The translations under genes and the position numbers were made by a program. 33,111 nt of DNA from the NCBI GenBank assembly GCA_002269645.1, contig NIVC01004857.1:1-33111 (forward strand). Direction: 5' to 3'. Origin of the DNA: Macrostomum lignano. Its lineage: Eukaryota. A model generated the notes under the pieces. The model did not search any database and was not told the DNA's origin. It saw only the letters and a list, made by a program, of their open reading frames with translations. Every line of letters begins with the position of its first letter. The stretch's first letter is position 1. Of the stretch, positions 33,081 to 33,111 are shown piece by piece.

Positions 33081-33111
33081 AATAATGTAACATACCTATT
33101 TGTTCCTAGCT

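Overview
This is eukaryotic (animal) genomic DNA with many short GT-AG introns (mostly 65-90 nt) and abundant simple repeats. The style suggests an invertebrate, possibly a flatworm such as Macrostomum, but the sequence alone cannot prove the taxon. The + strand holds a tandem cluster of three paralogous multi-exon genes, which I reconstructed by hand from splice sites: A 692-3814, B 7057-13438 and C 17211-26608. Each encodes a predicted type I membrane receptor with this order: signal peptide, F-type-lectin (FTP/fucolectin, F5/8C-fold)-like domain, a variable number of cysteine-rich non-canonical Ig-like domains, a membrane-proximal module, one TM helix, and a short tail ending in a conserved EYENSxYxLExATG(I/V)Y triple-tyrosine motif. 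Gene B looks like a fusion of two units with two lectin domains. The lectin ends are strongly diverged, while the 3' halves of B and C are about 97% identical and their differences are mostly amino-acid-changing. This pattern suggests a diversifying innate-immune or recognition receptor family (inference). Between and inside the genes are two RNase H/CCHC-type LINE fragments, an RTE-like LINE fragment, a tRNA-derived SINE, a decayed DIRS/Ngaro-type tyrosine-recombinase retrotransposon, a probable 2.2-kb solo LTR, and large micro- and minisatellites. Most long ORFs in the ORF track are repeat artefacts. All alignments and counts were done by eye.
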